A DNA stretch of 61,522 nucleotides, filler included, from Choristocarpus tenellus KU-1152 (GCA_964200185.2; 14 parts of 14 records of this genome joined end to end with filler, not necessarily neighbours in it), one strand, 5' to 3'; shown: positions 39,521 through 53,229, counted from the first letter of the whole stretch. The notes: generated by a model not told the origin, from the sequence alone. Translations and numbers: made by a program.

Positions 39521-40330
39521 TGTTTCTTTTCTTATTGAGTACTCCCAAGTACTTTTTCAACAAATACGTTGTTGAATCCTCCCTTGCCTACCTCTTGATC
39601 ATGGGTTTGGGACCCCTCATAAGACTAATGTGAAGATGTGAAGATACAATAATGATAAAATTACTAGTAAGCACCTATCATAGTCCCACTTGACTGTTGT
39701 TATCAGTGAGTAGGGACAAAAAAAAGAGGGTCAAACGAGACGTGGGAGAATATTTCCTGAAGTTTTCTTGACTAACAGGATTTTGGGACTCTGCATGAGT
39801 TGCTGTGGCAAGCGAGATGGTGCGATTCTTGGAGTCTCCTTGAAGGTGTCTTGAAGCTGACCCAAATTTGAGGTCATCGCGCCCATAATTCAATTTCTGT
39901 GCTGATCCCTTCTTAGACATACTGTTTTTTTTTCTGGTTCTTCTTTTTACTTTTCTTTCCTTTTCAGTTAATCAATTTCTTGCACAATTTTCCATCTCAG
40001 ATAGTGCTTATCCTCCAAACAACGTTTTGACCATGGGTTTTTGACCCATCCGACTAATGTGAAGATAATATTGATAATGATAGCAATATTGGTAAAAATA
40101 GAAAGAGCAATAGTAGTCATAGTGCCAGCAATAATAATAGTAATGATAGTGTCAAAATGATGCAGACAAAGGCGTACATACATTTTTCGTACATCAGGAG
40201 ATACACTATTCTCTTGCTGCATGTGCCCTATGATTCTAAACGGAGGATATATATATATATATATTTGTGCACTATGGAGAGTAATGACACAACTCAGCAC
40301 ATGATATTTTTCATTTTGTACACAAAACAG

Positions 40331-40649
40331 AATATTTTTCAATCCCTACACCAAACTTATTTGCATAGCTCAATTTGATATCATCAACTTCCCTTCCACC
40401 CAAATTAGCTCAAACAATTGCCTGAAGTGAGACAAGACAGTTTCAGCCTGTGACCTAGCCAGGAACCAGTGAGCCCTTGGTGCCCTTATTTTGGTGGTGA
40501 GAGCAGCAAGAGCTCAGTGGTTCCTGACTGGTCAAAGGCTGGAACGGTCTTGTCTCACTTCAGGCAATAGTGTGAGGGAAATCGGGTATGAGGGAAGCCA
40601 ATAGATCAGTTTTCCGTGACTGAGTTTGTTCTGAAGATTGTAAAATATT
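40331..40649. other. Long imperfect foldback, candidate pre-miRNA or foldback element
   Basis: Core stem 40417-40568 includes a perfect 22-bp pair (attgcctgaagtgagacaagac / gtcttgtctcacttcaggcaat) and a short loop. Weaker pairing extends to 40331/40649. Confidence 0.8.
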
Positions 40650-41253
40650 GAATTGCTGTGATTGTATTGAAAATGGGGAGGGATAATCCTCCTAGGGAGG
40701 CAACGTAACAGAGTAGGGAACGCTTGAGTGACTCAACCTAACATGTTGCCCAACCTAGCGCCCAGTATATAAGCAATTTGATTGGTGAAGATGTTGATCT
40801 TCCTACAAGTCCACTACCCACTCATTCTCATGTTTTCATCTTTTTGTAGTAAGGCTCTTCGTCCTGCCTTGTCTCTCAGAGCCCAATATCACTGTTTCTA
40901 CAGGACTGAAACTACTTCAGTAGTTCATCCATGCATACATTCTGCCTCTTGTTTCCCATTTGCAGGCATGGTTCTCACGCTCCAGGTGGCCACTGCAAGT
41001 TCTCTTTCTTAAGATTCACTATGTCTGTGATGCTGCACTCGTTTCTCTGCTGCATGAGGCATGAGGCAATTCCTCCTTTTCTTTCAAGGTTTCTCTGGTT
41101 TCTTCATTGCTTTCTCTGTGCTCTTTCCAAACATGGCATTGCCATGGGGGCAACCATTCCACAGCTTTTCAACAACATCTTTCCTTCTGTTGCCAAGTCC
41201 TGTGGATACTTGCATGGAGGCATTCCACAAAGGAAGCTCGCCAACCACTTTCC

Positions 41254-41438
41254 GAGTCAACGTATCTTAGAGGGTAGAGCCACGCCCGTTTCGGGGCCAA
41301 AATCCAATGTTTCCAATTTTGATGAAATTTTCTCCGAAACATTTGGGGGTATGAAAGTGTCAAAAAATAACTCGTGGGAAGTCAAGCCCCAAACGGACAA
41401 ACAGGGCAAAACTTGTACCCTCTAAGATGCTTTCACTC
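41254..41438 (+). mobile_element. MITE family A, internally deleted
   Basis: Both TIRs are present and ~70 bp of interior is missing. Confidence 0.88.
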
Positions 41439-41661
41439 TGTCCGTGTGTGTAGGTGTAGCACCCATTAGGGACTGGACATCCACAGGGTTTACTACTGTC
41501 CTCTCCCACAACATATCTATGCTCATGCTACACTGTCAGGGAGAAATATGTAGAAATCCTATATTGACAGTATTGTTACATGGAGTAACTATATAGATGA
41601 CCCCAAGGGACCCACTCCGTCCATCCGATAGGTTACCAACACTTTTGTTTTTCAAAAATGA

Positions 41662-41849
41662 GGTTCGAAGTATGTGGGGGGAGGTGGCAGCTGCCCATTT
41701 GGGGCCCAATTTTTCATGTCACAATTTTTTGGAGATTTGGTTGCATGTGTTGGATGGATAATGTAAATACCCTTTTCCTGGTCAGGGCCCAAATGGACAC
41801 CCTGGTGTAGTAGTAGACCCCCCTCCTCCCCCCCCAGATATTTTGAGTT
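41662..41849 (+). mobile_element. MITE family B, complete and diverged, TSD ATGA
   Basis: atga|ggttcgaagtatgtgg...ccagatattttgagtt|atga. Confidence 0.85.
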
Positions 41850-42077
41850 ATGAGACCNNNNNNNNNNNNNNNNNNNNNNNNNNNNNNNNNNNNNNNNNNN
41901 NTTAATTAATTAANNNNNNNNNNNNNNNNNNNNNNNNNNNNNNNNNNNNNNNNNNNNGGGGGGGGGACAACACGCACCACCCTCGCGCGTCCACAAAGTG
42001 CGTGCAAAACGCACAAGCAATAAAAAAAAAATGCCAAACCAAGAAAATAATAATAAACATATATATATATATATTAC

Positions 42078-43835
42078 CGAGTCCTCCTCCAGATGGCTCC
42101 CACTTCCTAGCACCACGTCCCCATGAGACATAAATATCGATCCCCCCAGCGACGCTGTGTTACCCCTTGACATACACCCCTCGCTCCACTCCATCCGGGA
42201 ACCCCTGGTCACGTATGCTGTTCCCCCCCTTTCCCCCCCTTTGTTGCCCAGGAACTGAGTACCACCCTTGCACGACAGGCTAGACGAGCCCCCGATGGCA
42301 GAGAGAGCCATGTTGTACGGATCAGGGGAGGCGTCGATAGACACCCCTCCTCCATCGTATGTTGCTTTTTTTTTTTGTGGAGTGGATGTGGATGTGTGTG
42401 AGTGAGGGTGTGAATAGGGAGGGGGTCGTTAGTATCAGTTAAAAAAAACAAAAATATGAATCGACAGTTTCAGCAGGTCACCGTACAGGCTAATGAGACA
42501 ATAATAAATAAAAAATCAATCGACAAACGAGTACACGTGTAAATAGAACAGTTTCAAGAGGTCACCGTATGACCCCTTGAGATCAAAATATTAAAAAAAA
42601 TATGTCGGGACTGTGAGGGATGTATCCATGTTGTTGTTGGCAAGACCTGCTCGATAAAAAAAACAACTCGTACAGCATATTTTTTAATTATTTTGTTATT
42701 TCACTTTGTATACTGCCATACAACTCCAGTACAAAACAATACACATAAAATTAAAAAATTGAAACACACACACACACACTGCCAAACTGTCGCCCTAACC
42801 CAAACCCTCAAAAAATAAAAATTCAAAGCAGTATGTTGTAAACCATTGAGTAGCGCGGGACATCAACTCGCCACGAGAAACTTAAAAAAAAAAAAAAACT
42901 ACATCATTCGATCGCAACAAACCCAATTAAATTGCCACAACCTGATCACAACCAGTAAGTAACCAACATGCAGTACTCAATAACGACGTTTATTTTATCT
43001 GCTACTTAACCCATAACCCTAACCCTAATCCAGAACGGAATTACCGCTAATAAATAGAATTTCTGTTATTTTTGATAACAATACTACTCCTGACATCAAA
43101 AATTGGGGAGGGGTCAGCCTGTTATTTTCCCACGCACAGGTGCGTGCTGCACGCCCTGCTCGCAGTCATCGACAACGCTCTAGAAAATCCTAATCCAGAA
43201 TAACAAATAGTTTCAATCAAACCTGCCAAACCTTTCTATTCAAGACTCTGGCTACCGATCAGACAGCACCATACCAAACACTGGGTACAAACAAGCCCAC
43301 CTTGCGAATGATTCAAAATTAAAAGAGAGCCGTGAGCACAACCGCCGCAGCCCTAGATCCTAACCCTAATACAATCTAAAAGATATAATCAACGTAAACT
43401 ATCACCAATAAACACCACAACAACCCTAACCCTAATACAATCTAACACGAAGATACACACACACATATATATATATGTATGTATATATTCAATATACCTA
43501 CCTATTGTCAACACACCCTAACACAAGCTCAGCAAAAAATAAAATAAACATACAGATTGGAAAATAATAAAATAATAAAATAATAAACACATACACACAT
43601 ACGACATTTTGAAGCAGCCCCTAATAGGGTTAGGGTTACACACACAACACATCGCGACAGAAAAAAAAATACCGTAGTTCTCACCCTCATTCAAGGACAC
43701 AACGCCTCCGTCGAAAACCCCGGTGCTGAAGTATGTCAACCTCAGACCTCCCCCGTCATTCTTGGCAAAATTATCAGTGATGGTGCAGTTCGAGGCAATG
43801 AGGGTGGTCTCATACCCATTGATGGCACCACCCAT
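42078..43835 (-). CDS. Exons of a right-handed beta-helix / polymorphic-outer-membrane-protein-like (GGAI, FxxN repeat) protein
   Basis: Approximate exons 43835-43673 (GGAINGYETTLIASNCTITDNFAKNDGGGL) and 42349-42078 (FLGNKGGERGG..SRGNTASLGGSIF). Borders are approximate. Confidence 0.7.
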
Positions 43836-45354
43836 CTTTCCATTCATAGAAAAATAAAACAAGAGCCCCACACACACAGACACAAGCGATAAAAAAAAAG
43901 TACAAGGAATAAAAAATAAAAACAATAACAAAAATTAATGGCAAATAATAAAAAAAACAGAACGTGCGACGGGTGAGAAACAAAAATCGGTAAAATTATA
44001 CATCAAACACTCGTGAAATAGAAATGTGGAGGATACAGGACACGAGAATGCCATGTACTTACTTCAAAAGTACAGCTGTAAAATAAGAATATAATATACA
44101 GAGGGTTTAAAATAGACTACACAACATACACAAGCGTAACATAAGAATATACAGAGAGGACACAATGGATCGAGACAAAAAAATAAAATAAAATAAAATA
44201 ATAATAATAAAATATCCCAATCGAAGGTTGGATGTGTTACCACAAGAGGACATTGGGGGGGTGTCTGACTGCTGTCTAGAGAGTATCCCCACTGATGACA
44301 TCTCGGCATCAGCATTACCTCATCCCAAAAACAATTCAGTATCGCCTACGATAATTTAAACCCAAACTTGACTAACCAAGCAAACACCAACACCAACGCA
44401 CATTCCGATGTTTAAAAACAAAAACAAAAAAACACACACACACACAATAAACACAAAGAAATAAATTTTTGGTCAAAAATAAAAATAATAAATGCAGCAG
44501 CGGATTCTAACCCCAACCCTTCCATCCTAAAAAAACAAACAAAAACAGGTGTGCTGTGCCGTAATTCGCTGAAAAGAACTCAATACAAATTAATAAAAAT
44601 AAAAATAACAATCACAAAACAAAAATCGAATTCCTAATGCATCCTAGCTGCAACAGTGCGTTACCCCCCCCCCTGCAAAGAGCGGACAGAACAAAACAAA
44701 AGACTTTTTTTTTCTTTAAAAAAAAAATTAAAATTAAAATTAAACAAATGTAGTCCTCGATAAAAGATCGTTCTTACGTTCTTAATATTTGTTTATTTGT
44801 TTATTTATTTGTTCTGATACATTTCCTACTCGATCTCTCTCAGTGATCTCGTTTCCAATAAATTTATTTTCCTGTTCTTATCTCTCTCTCTACTCTCTTT
44901 TATCTTTTTCAAATAAATTTCTCGAGAATTTGCAATGTTTCCCAATCACCCGTCACAACGCACACAACACTGCACCAAATCCAACAAGCCCTCACTTGAA
45001 TCAACTTGTCTCACCACAACTATGAATCTAACGTTTCCAAAACATCAAATCCAGTAAACTCAATCTATATTACTTAACAGTGCAGGTGGGTTCCCCCCCC
45101 GAATTGAAGAATGTTCCTTACAGCCTTGCGTAGATCAACACTACATCTACACCTCATTCAAGATCACAACACTGACCGATCCTTCACCTTCAACCCTCTA
45201 CACCCTGCTCTATCCACCACTTTTGTGTTCATGTCAGATGCTGTCGTTCCCTCATGAGATCACACACACAATTTCACACAAACAACCTCTCTGTTCTCAC
45301 TCACTTTCATTACAAACTCACCCTTCACCTCAAGGTCTACTCAAAAGATCCCCC

Positions 45355-45394
<40 letters not shown>

Positions 45395-45872
45395 ACCCCN
45401 NNNNNNNNNNNNNNNNNNNNNNNNNNNNNNNNNNNNNNNNNNNTTAATTAATTAANNNNNNNNNNNNNNNNNNNNNNNNNNNNNNNNNNNNNNNNNNNNT
45501 TTTTTTTTTTTTTTTTTTCCTCTTTATTTTTTTTTTTATTTTTTTTTTTTTTTTTTTTTTTTCCCTTCTTCTCCCCCCCCCCCCCCCCCCCCCCCCCTCT
45601 CTCTCTGTGATCTTCTTGGTTCACTCACCCTTTCCATTTCTTGTGCATGTCAATTATGGTTTTATGAAGGGAACAACGGCAGGACCCCACTCCAGTAGCG
45701 GGAGGTAACAATAAGAAATTGTACCAGATCCCTCTACTTGGTTGAACCAAGTAGTTCGTGTTCTAACTTTGGGTGCTTCTATTCACTGTGTAGCTATACT
45801 TTGCTAGAGAAGTAAAAGTTTGTCTTGGTATCCGGGGTCATCTCCAAGAGCATCCAGTCCCTCAGTACCAAC

Positions 45873-46571
45873 CTGACTCAGGGTGCTAATAAAATGCTCA
45901 TTCTCCTTGATGAACCTTCGGTGTGAATGAAAAAAAAGCAGACACAACCCAGATCTCTAGCCCCCCCCCCCTCCCCCCCCCCAATAAGAAAGGTTAACCC
46001 CTGATAATGTAAAGAGAACTGTCTGTTCAGTGGTATTAATATTCTTGGGCACTCTCGTCCATTTGCAGCTAGGTTGAAGGCCCTCTGCTACGCGATGTTC
46101 TTGGAACAGGGCACTAAATTTTTCTGCTCGTCTGGTAATGTACAAGTACGTTTTCGGAGCTCTTCAGTGAGAGTAACGTTCATCAATGCCATACGATCTA
46201 AGTTTTCAATGCTTTGGGGTTCCGTTTACCTGATCTCCGTCACAGAACTACCAGAATGTCTTTGAGCAGTGAGTAAACACCCCTTTGCTTTGGTGCTGTA
46301 AAAGATCGTGTCCTTCGAATGCGAAACTGTCAAAAAAAACAAAAACGGTTTCAACAAGTAAATATTAAAAATAGTAGCATCTTCGCAGGATTGAGAACCA
46401 AATCCTCAGAACCTATCACCTGCTCGCTGACACAAGTTTCTGTGTGTACTGGATATGTCCAAGGCTAAACAAAGCACTCGATGCATCCATCCCAAACAAG
46501 ATGTATCAGTTTTTATACTTACATAGTTTGGGTCTCCTAAACAGAGCAATAACAAGTCGATTCATTGGCAT
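45873..46571 (-). CDS. Possible 5' exons of an organelle-targeted protein of unknown function
   Basis: Four phase-compatible exons give MPMNRLVIALFRRPKLSLDISSTHRNLCQRAVSHSKDTIFYSTKAKGCLL...EIRFIKENEHFISTLSQ. Confidence 0.35.
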
Positions 46572-47139
46572 CCCATGGGGTGACAAACACAGATGAGGGA
46601 GTGAACCTTGGGTAGAACTCATCAACTGTGTCCTCATGTTGGCAACATGATGGATTCATTCGATAGTCGCACATGGGAAGTGATCATTCGCCTACAGTTG
46701 GAAAGGGAATTAAAATTATCCTTGTGTTAACACTGAAGTAGAGATCCAAGAAACGCTATCACAACGTGTGAAAGGTCCTGTGACGTGAAAGGTAATCACA
46801 GGTGGCACTGCACTTGCAACGTGCGTCAAATATATCACTAAAACTATGCATATACTTCCTTTCAAGACTCTCTAGGTGGCAGGGTGGCCCTGCTTTCCCT
46901 CATCATCACGGGTACATGACAATCTCCAACACAAAATCAGTGAGTTTTAGACATGCCATATTTCAAGGTTGTGGTTCGACACCGACATGGAGGGCAGAAG
47001 GATGAACTTCCTACCCTCAAATAATCCCACCAGGAAGTTCTATTAGAGTTTTGACTGCTATCATCATTTGTTTCTGTGGGTGTATCTCTATGATCTATGT
47101 GATGTCTGCGCGGAACATCTACGTTGTGGTTTTGTCATA

Positions 47140-47948
47140 TCAATATGAACCCCCCCACCACTGGTCGACAGGAGGCAACCTACTGAGCAAGTATCCCAGA
47201 AGAGCGAAGGGAAGTAGTTGTAACGACACTACCAAAACCCAAGAAAAAGCGGTGATGCGACCGCTTTCGTCAACGAGGGGTGCTCCTGTCATTCCTTGCA
47301 GGTTGCTTAGCAACACTCGTAACTCATCCAGCTCTAGCCCAACCTCCGCCATTGCACGCTTCCTCTTGGCTGAGCGGGACGGGTTTGTGCACGGTTAGAA
47401 AGGGATTTGTTTCTACCCCATGCTGCTAGGGCTCAAGCTCTTCTGAGTTGGGAAGACAGGAAGAATGTTGACCTAAGGGATAACACTAGTATCACAGTGC
47501 ACGCATGAGCCAACGTTTTCACCAGCAAACGCTAATATCGAAGGATTTCAGGTCGATCGCATATATTTGGAATTTCCTAGCACTCACCCTTCGAGATTTT
47601 CCTCCTGAGTAACATCCCATTCCACCATGCCTGCCGGTTGGGGTCACCTCCAATCCATTCTTTGGCATCTTTTTCCAAATTTTTTTCCATCTCTAGTTCA
47701 AGATCTACAGCTTTGTTCCCGCCCCTATTAGCATCTTCATCCTCTTGAAGTGCGAGTAGCTTGGTGGAAGAGGACCAGAAGAGGTGCTTATGATATTTCG
47801 TCCTCTCTTTTCCAACATGAAAGTGCGTCCACCCTCGCGACTGAATGCCCACAAAACAGGTGTGACAGTTGGTGTTGATCGAGACAACAGGCCATTGACT
47901 CCATATCCCTAGCACAATGAGTATCGTGTACTGATGAGCTACCTTCAT
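47140..47948 (-). CDS. Two-exon orphan protein with bipartite plastid-like presequence and C-terminal TM helix
   Basis: Exons 47948-47588 and 47369-47140 join in frame. Hydrophobic N-terminus (MKVAHQYTILIVLGIW...TCF) and TM segment AFSWVLVVSLQLLPFALLGYLL. Confidence 0.6.
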
Positions 47949-48199
47949 ATTATCCAAACAAAAAATGTTAAGTCCACCTTGCTTGTTCAACTTCTAAGCC
48001 ATGATCGCGCGAGAAAGTTGAGTTCATGGAGAATATCACGCGCGCAGACTTCTACTAAGAAACAAGAAAGATAAAAATATATTATTCTACAATACGTTCA
48101 CGTTCGTCTAGATATGTTCTCTAATAAACCCATGGACTTTCAAGAGGATCAGTACAGTAATGTGAGATTTGTTTGAACAGTCTTGTTTGTGCCTCTTAT

Positions 48200-48720
48200 G
48201 GTGAAGGAATTGTTTGTCATTGGCTGCTACGATGACAAATGGGTGACGGAAAACAGGAAAAGGTGGGTGGAAGACCTGGATGGAACCAATAGGGTACAAG
48301 GACTGAACGAAGGGGAATTTCTACGTCATGTTGAGATACACACCAAGAAGGAGGGGAGCAAATGTTGTGTGGAAGAACTGCACGAGAACGGCACCTCCCA
48401 TTCGAGGGGGACAATAACAAGAAGTTGGAGGACACCCCTGCACTTCATGAAGCAAGTACGACTCTTTGTCGAGGTCTCCACAGTGAGTGGGTTGCCGTTA
48501 CTTCCGTTCAAGCGCCTTGTCCGATTTTTGCAAGAAGCTCCTTCTATTCGTTTTTCTGCAACCAGGGAATTCGCAAAACAGTTCGATGCAACTGGGCATA
48601 GGGCAAGAGAGGGCATTTAAACGGAAGGGGATGAGAGGGGGAACAACACTTTGCCGCGAGTACCTTGAGCACATTGTTATGATGAGGGAACGACAAAGAA
48701 GGGCGTTGAAGAGGTCATGG
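48200..48720 (+). pseudogene. Possible degraded hAT-type transposase C-terminus
   Basis: Frameshifted fragments (PLHFMKQ..DFCKKLL/SIRFSAT..TLCREYLEHIVMMR) loosely resemble the hAT dimerisation domain. Confidence 0.25.
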
Positions 48721-48973
48721 GAGACGAGGGAGGTGAGGGTGGACAACCAGTCAAAATTTCAGTTCCTGTAGTTGAAGTGTCAGAGAATAGATGTCAAGGA
48801 GCACAAAAAGGCTGGAGGAGGGGGACTCCAGTGAGTCAAAAGTTGATGTTGAAGTTGAAATGGAAGTATGGTCCAGCTCAAAAATCCTACTACATGATGA
48901 ACACTACAAAAAAACTGAAACGGTGAATACCAGTCAAAGTTTACAGAAGACTTGCTCCATTTTTCGTCACGGT

Positions 48974-49016
48974 GGGTCTAAGTATCTGGGGGGGGGTGTC
49001 GGCGTCCGTCTTTCAC
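48974..49016 (-). mobile_element. MITE family C terminus at contig end
   Basis: gggtctaagtatctggggggggtgtcggcgtccgtc. Confidence 0.75.
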
Positions 49017-49116
49017 NNNNNNNNNNNNNNNNNNNNNNNNNNNNNNNNNNNNNNNNNNNNTTAATTAATTAANNNNNNNNNNNNNNNNNNNNNNNNNNNN
49101 NNNNNNNNNNNNNNNN

Positions 49117-49270
49117 GGGTCTACATCAGGGTGTCCATTTGGGCCATACCCAGGAAAAGCGCACTCACATCATCCATCCGACGTATGCAACCAAATCACC
49201 CAAAAATCGTGACATGGAAAAGATTGGCCCCAAATGGACAGCCGACACACACACACAGATACTTTGAGCC
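49117..49270 (-). mobile_element. MITE family B copy, truncated by contig start
   Basis: gggtctacatcagggtgtccatttggg...ccccaaatggacagccg..cagatactttgagcc. Confidence 0.87.
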
Positions 49271-51064
49271 TTATATCAAATGTCCGCCCTGTATACAGGA
49301 AACAATCCATACATTTTTAACCGGGTATCTTGAGGATGCCCGTATATTTGCCCGCCATCTCTCCCATAGGAGCTGTGTAGATCAGGTCGGTCAATCTTCC
49401 CTCATCTAAACTCCCCAGTTACAACCCAGCTTATTCGATATTTCGGTGTTGCCTTGCTAATGCTGATTAGTGTGTGAAACTGTCAGTTTGAAATCCTGTT
49501 GATAATATTCTTGGTAAAATTTTGTTTGGGTGGGAATTGGAGTTGAGTAGCTATGTTTGTTCGTTATAGGGGGGTAGGGTTAAGTTTAGAGGTTTGTGGA
49601 GGGTAAGGGATATATTACTTTCAGCGATATCCTGTTTTTTTCTGGTGTAGAACTATTTTTTTGTTATACTGAGTTGAACTGCCATTGGGGAAGTGCTCTG
49701 AATACTTCCCACATGATAAATGGAGTGCACTAGTTCTCATTTGAGCAGTTCTTGATTGCATGATTACCAGTCACACAGGGAAGCGCAAACTCCCCTGCTG
49801 TACAACATAAAGTGACTTTCAGGGTGGAGAACAGGATAGATACCAGCTACATCACTCCTGTTCTTTACCAAGCAAGTCATCTTTATCTTTATCCAAACTC
49901 TTATCGAGTCATCCTAAGCTTGGTACACTATAACAATTCCTGTTCTTTACCTAAACAAAATATCTTTATCTCGATCCAAACTCTTATCAAGTCATTCAGG
50001 TCCTGCTTCCACCTATTTCGAATTTGTTTTGCGGTTACATTTATGGTCACGTACAGGGCCAGGTGTCCACATCCACCCCCGAATAAGTGACAAGCACTAC
50101 GTATTTGACACTACAGTATAATCTCTGTAGATTTTACAACGGTATAATAGCGCTGACTACAGTCAACAGAGTCTAGTCACCAGCCACTGTGTACCGGTGC
50201 AGGTTAAAGAATACCCTGTCATTCGGGCAAGTGTCCACGACACATGGAAACAATGTATTTGGGCTTGCTGTGAGGCCTTGCACATGTCAATATTCACACT
50301 CATTAACTTTGACCTAATCTCCACTCATCTCCCTACCCTCTTCACGCTGTGTCATGCCCTCACCCTTCCTTGAACTGGAAACCTATAAGTACACTTTTCT
50401 TTTTTGCTACCTTGTCAACGTGTCTTCTAAAACGAGCTCTGAAGACTGGTTAATTCAGCAGTAGCTACCCTGACAACTTGTGTGTGCATTGAATCAATGT
50501 TTTGCATTGTACTTATCCCTGAACATGTATACTCTCCTCACTGGATATTGTGAATCAAATCGGGAGAATGAGCAAGTTCTTCCAATAGTCCCAGAAACTG
50601 TGATATTGTTATACAAGCCCCCGTGCTGTTACGACAAAGTGCATCCAAGGATTAAAACTTAAACGTAAGGACGACAATATTCACTATTAATACACTCAAG
50701 TAAAACTCGTAAGTCCAACGTGCATAATATCGTTTACTCCATCTGATATATCATGTAAATCCAACGAAGATGCTAGAATATGGCAAGAGCATATCGTCCT
50801 TATAACTGTGTGCATCCGAATCAAGGATGGTGGAGGTGTAGGCAGATATTGTGTGTGAGGCTAACCGATCTGTGGTACATCTACTTCAAAGTATTCAATA
50901 TAAACGAATATTCGAAAGAAAGTCCCCCAACCCTACCTTCCTGTCCAAGCGAACTCAATCAACCTGCCAATATGTGCCCTCCCTGAATCTGATCGGGGGG
51001 GGGTAGGTTAGATGAACACCCACTCACCAGATAGACAGTAAGGGGTTGCTACAAGGTTCCACTT

Positions 51065-51323
51065 GAGTGAAAGTATCTTAGAGGGTACAAGTTATGCCCT
51101 GTTTGTCCATTGGAGCTTGACTTCCTATGGGATTTATTACGACATTTTCCTACTCCAAAGTGTTTCGGAGTGTAGGTAAAATGTATACGTTATGCAAAGG
51201 TGTGTCCAGAACAAGGATATCGACATTTCCTAACAAACACGATAGCCAAAATTACGTCAAAATCGCAACATTGGATTTTGGCCCCAAATGAATGCGGCCC
51301 TACCCTCTAAGATACTTTGGCTC
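51065..51323 (-). mobile_element. MITE family A, complete, TSD ACTT
   Basis: actt|gagtgaaagtatc...gatactttggctc|actt. Confidence 0.94.
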
Positions 51324-52080
51324 ACTTCCATAGTATGTTGTACCAGAACTACTGGTCTATTGAAACCATGTTGAAAGACATGCTTCGTACCATGGCATCT
51401 ACTGCACGTTCCATTCCGCATCTCTACTACAAACAAGCTTGTGCAGCTGGATAGACATGCCGTTGAACACACCGCATTCAAATACCAACCCGCCTATAGT
51501 GGTTGCACTCACCGGTCTGATTCTTACTTTGTACTGATTCACGATCTTATCACTTCCTGGTCGAAACAAGTGAGGATGAATATATTTCTATTGTTGAGTA
51601 TCAAACCGGAAGTTTTAGTAGCAAGAGTGGCATGATGATCTTCGACTGGATGTGAATGGCAAGAGCCTGGAGGAAGTCCTACAAACAAGGGTTTCAACTG
51701 GAAATTATTTCAGAGAATGAATGATAACCTATACTATGTGAGAAGTATTAAGGTGTACACAACAAGAGAACAAGCACATCATTGTACTCCTCTTCAAGCA
51801 TATTTCAAAATTGAAGCATGTAATGTAGGGAATGGGGTCACTTGGCAGTACTATCAGTATGTATACATTTCCAGCTTACTTATATTTGCTCACACCAAAA
51901 AATAGCACGCACCCTTCTACCTAAGTAAATGTGGAGACTACGTGAACACAGGTGATGGGAAATTGTCTCATCGGACGGGGGAGGTGACTTTTGGGCTCAG
52001 TCACACTCTCACTGCACATTTTTGGAGATTGTGTTGCTAGTAAGTTGACGCCTTGAAGGCGCTGAATGGAATCGTCTGAA

Positions 52081-52339
52081 GAGTCAAATTATCTTAGAGG
52101 GTAAAGCCGTGTCCATTCGGGGGCCAAAATCTAATGTTGCGATTTTGATGTAATTTTGGCTATCGTGTTTGTTAGGAGGTGCCAATATCCTTGTTCCGGA
52201 CACACCTTTTCATGACGTATACATTTTTCCCACTCCAAAATAATTTTGGAGTGGAAAAATGTCATAGAAACTCTAAGGGAAGCTAAGCCCCAAATGGACA
52301 AAAAGGGAAAAACTCGTACCCTCTAAGATACTTTCAATC
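52081..52339 (+). mobile_element. MITE family A, complete, TSD TGAA
   Basis: tgaa|gagtcaaattatc...gatactttcaatc|tgaa. Confidence 0.94.
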
Positions 52340-52572
52340 TGAAAACACTTACCAGTCAGTCAGTCAGAGTCATGCATGGATCACACAACAAGGCGGGCAG
52401 ACCATACAGACTATTTTTTGTATAATTAATATGGGCTCTGTCTTGTTAATGGGGTGACAATGACAGTTGTAACGCCTATTCTAGAAAAACAAGTTGAGAT
52501 ATTGATCAATGGTGGCCGCAGTGGTCGTGAATATAAGTGGATGGAGATATCTTACATGTTAAATACAACCAG

Positions 52573-52635
52573 GACCAGTCATATTGGGGTTCGAACCCGG
52601 GATTGTAGGTCACCAAGAGTGGAAGCAGATGCACG
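52573..52635 (-). repeat. Dispersed ~63-bp repeat with Pol III B-box-like motif (SINE-like fragment)
   Basis: The reverse complement cgtgcatctgcttccactcttggtgacctacaatcccgggttcgaaccccaatatga matches 58154-58216. Confidence 0.6.
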
Positions 52636-52933
52636 TTTCAAAACCCTTTCATTCAGTATTTCAATTTATATTTGTACTCTGAAACAAATGTCAGGGACAG
52701 GTTCCTTTTTCGGGATCTCTGACACACACATATGCGTAAGACGCGCGGTCATATACAATTGCGCGCGCCAACCACGTCATTTGAGCTCATCCATACCGAC
52801 CAGTCCAATAAACCAACCACACCCATAAGATCCNNNNNNNNNNNNNNNNNNNNNNNNNNNNNNNNNNNNNNNNNNNNTTAATTAATTAANNNNNNNNNNN
52901 NNNNNNNNNNNNNNNNNNNNNNNNNNNNNNNNN

Positions 52934-53035
52934 ATCTCCTAACAAACATGATAGCCAAAGTTACATCAAAATTGCAACATTGGAATTTGGTCCCCAAATG
53001 GACGCGGATCTACCCTCTAAAATATACTTTGGCTC
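52934..53035 (-). mobile_element. MITE family A, partial at contig start
   Basis: ...ccccaaatggacgcggatctaccctctaaaatatactttggctc. Confidence 0.88.
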
Positions 53036-53229
53036 TTTTGTGATCGGAGGACATCCCAAAGAGCTACAACTTGACCGCCCAGATCTGTGGGACAGAGGGA
53101 GTACTGTCTAGAAAATCAGTGTCCGTCCCCAGTCCTTACACCTCCTCCCTAATTTTGTGTTCTGATAATGGTGTTAAAGAATGGTTGAGGGGGGAAAGGT
53201 TGTACAGTGGCTTTGAATAACTTGCCAAT

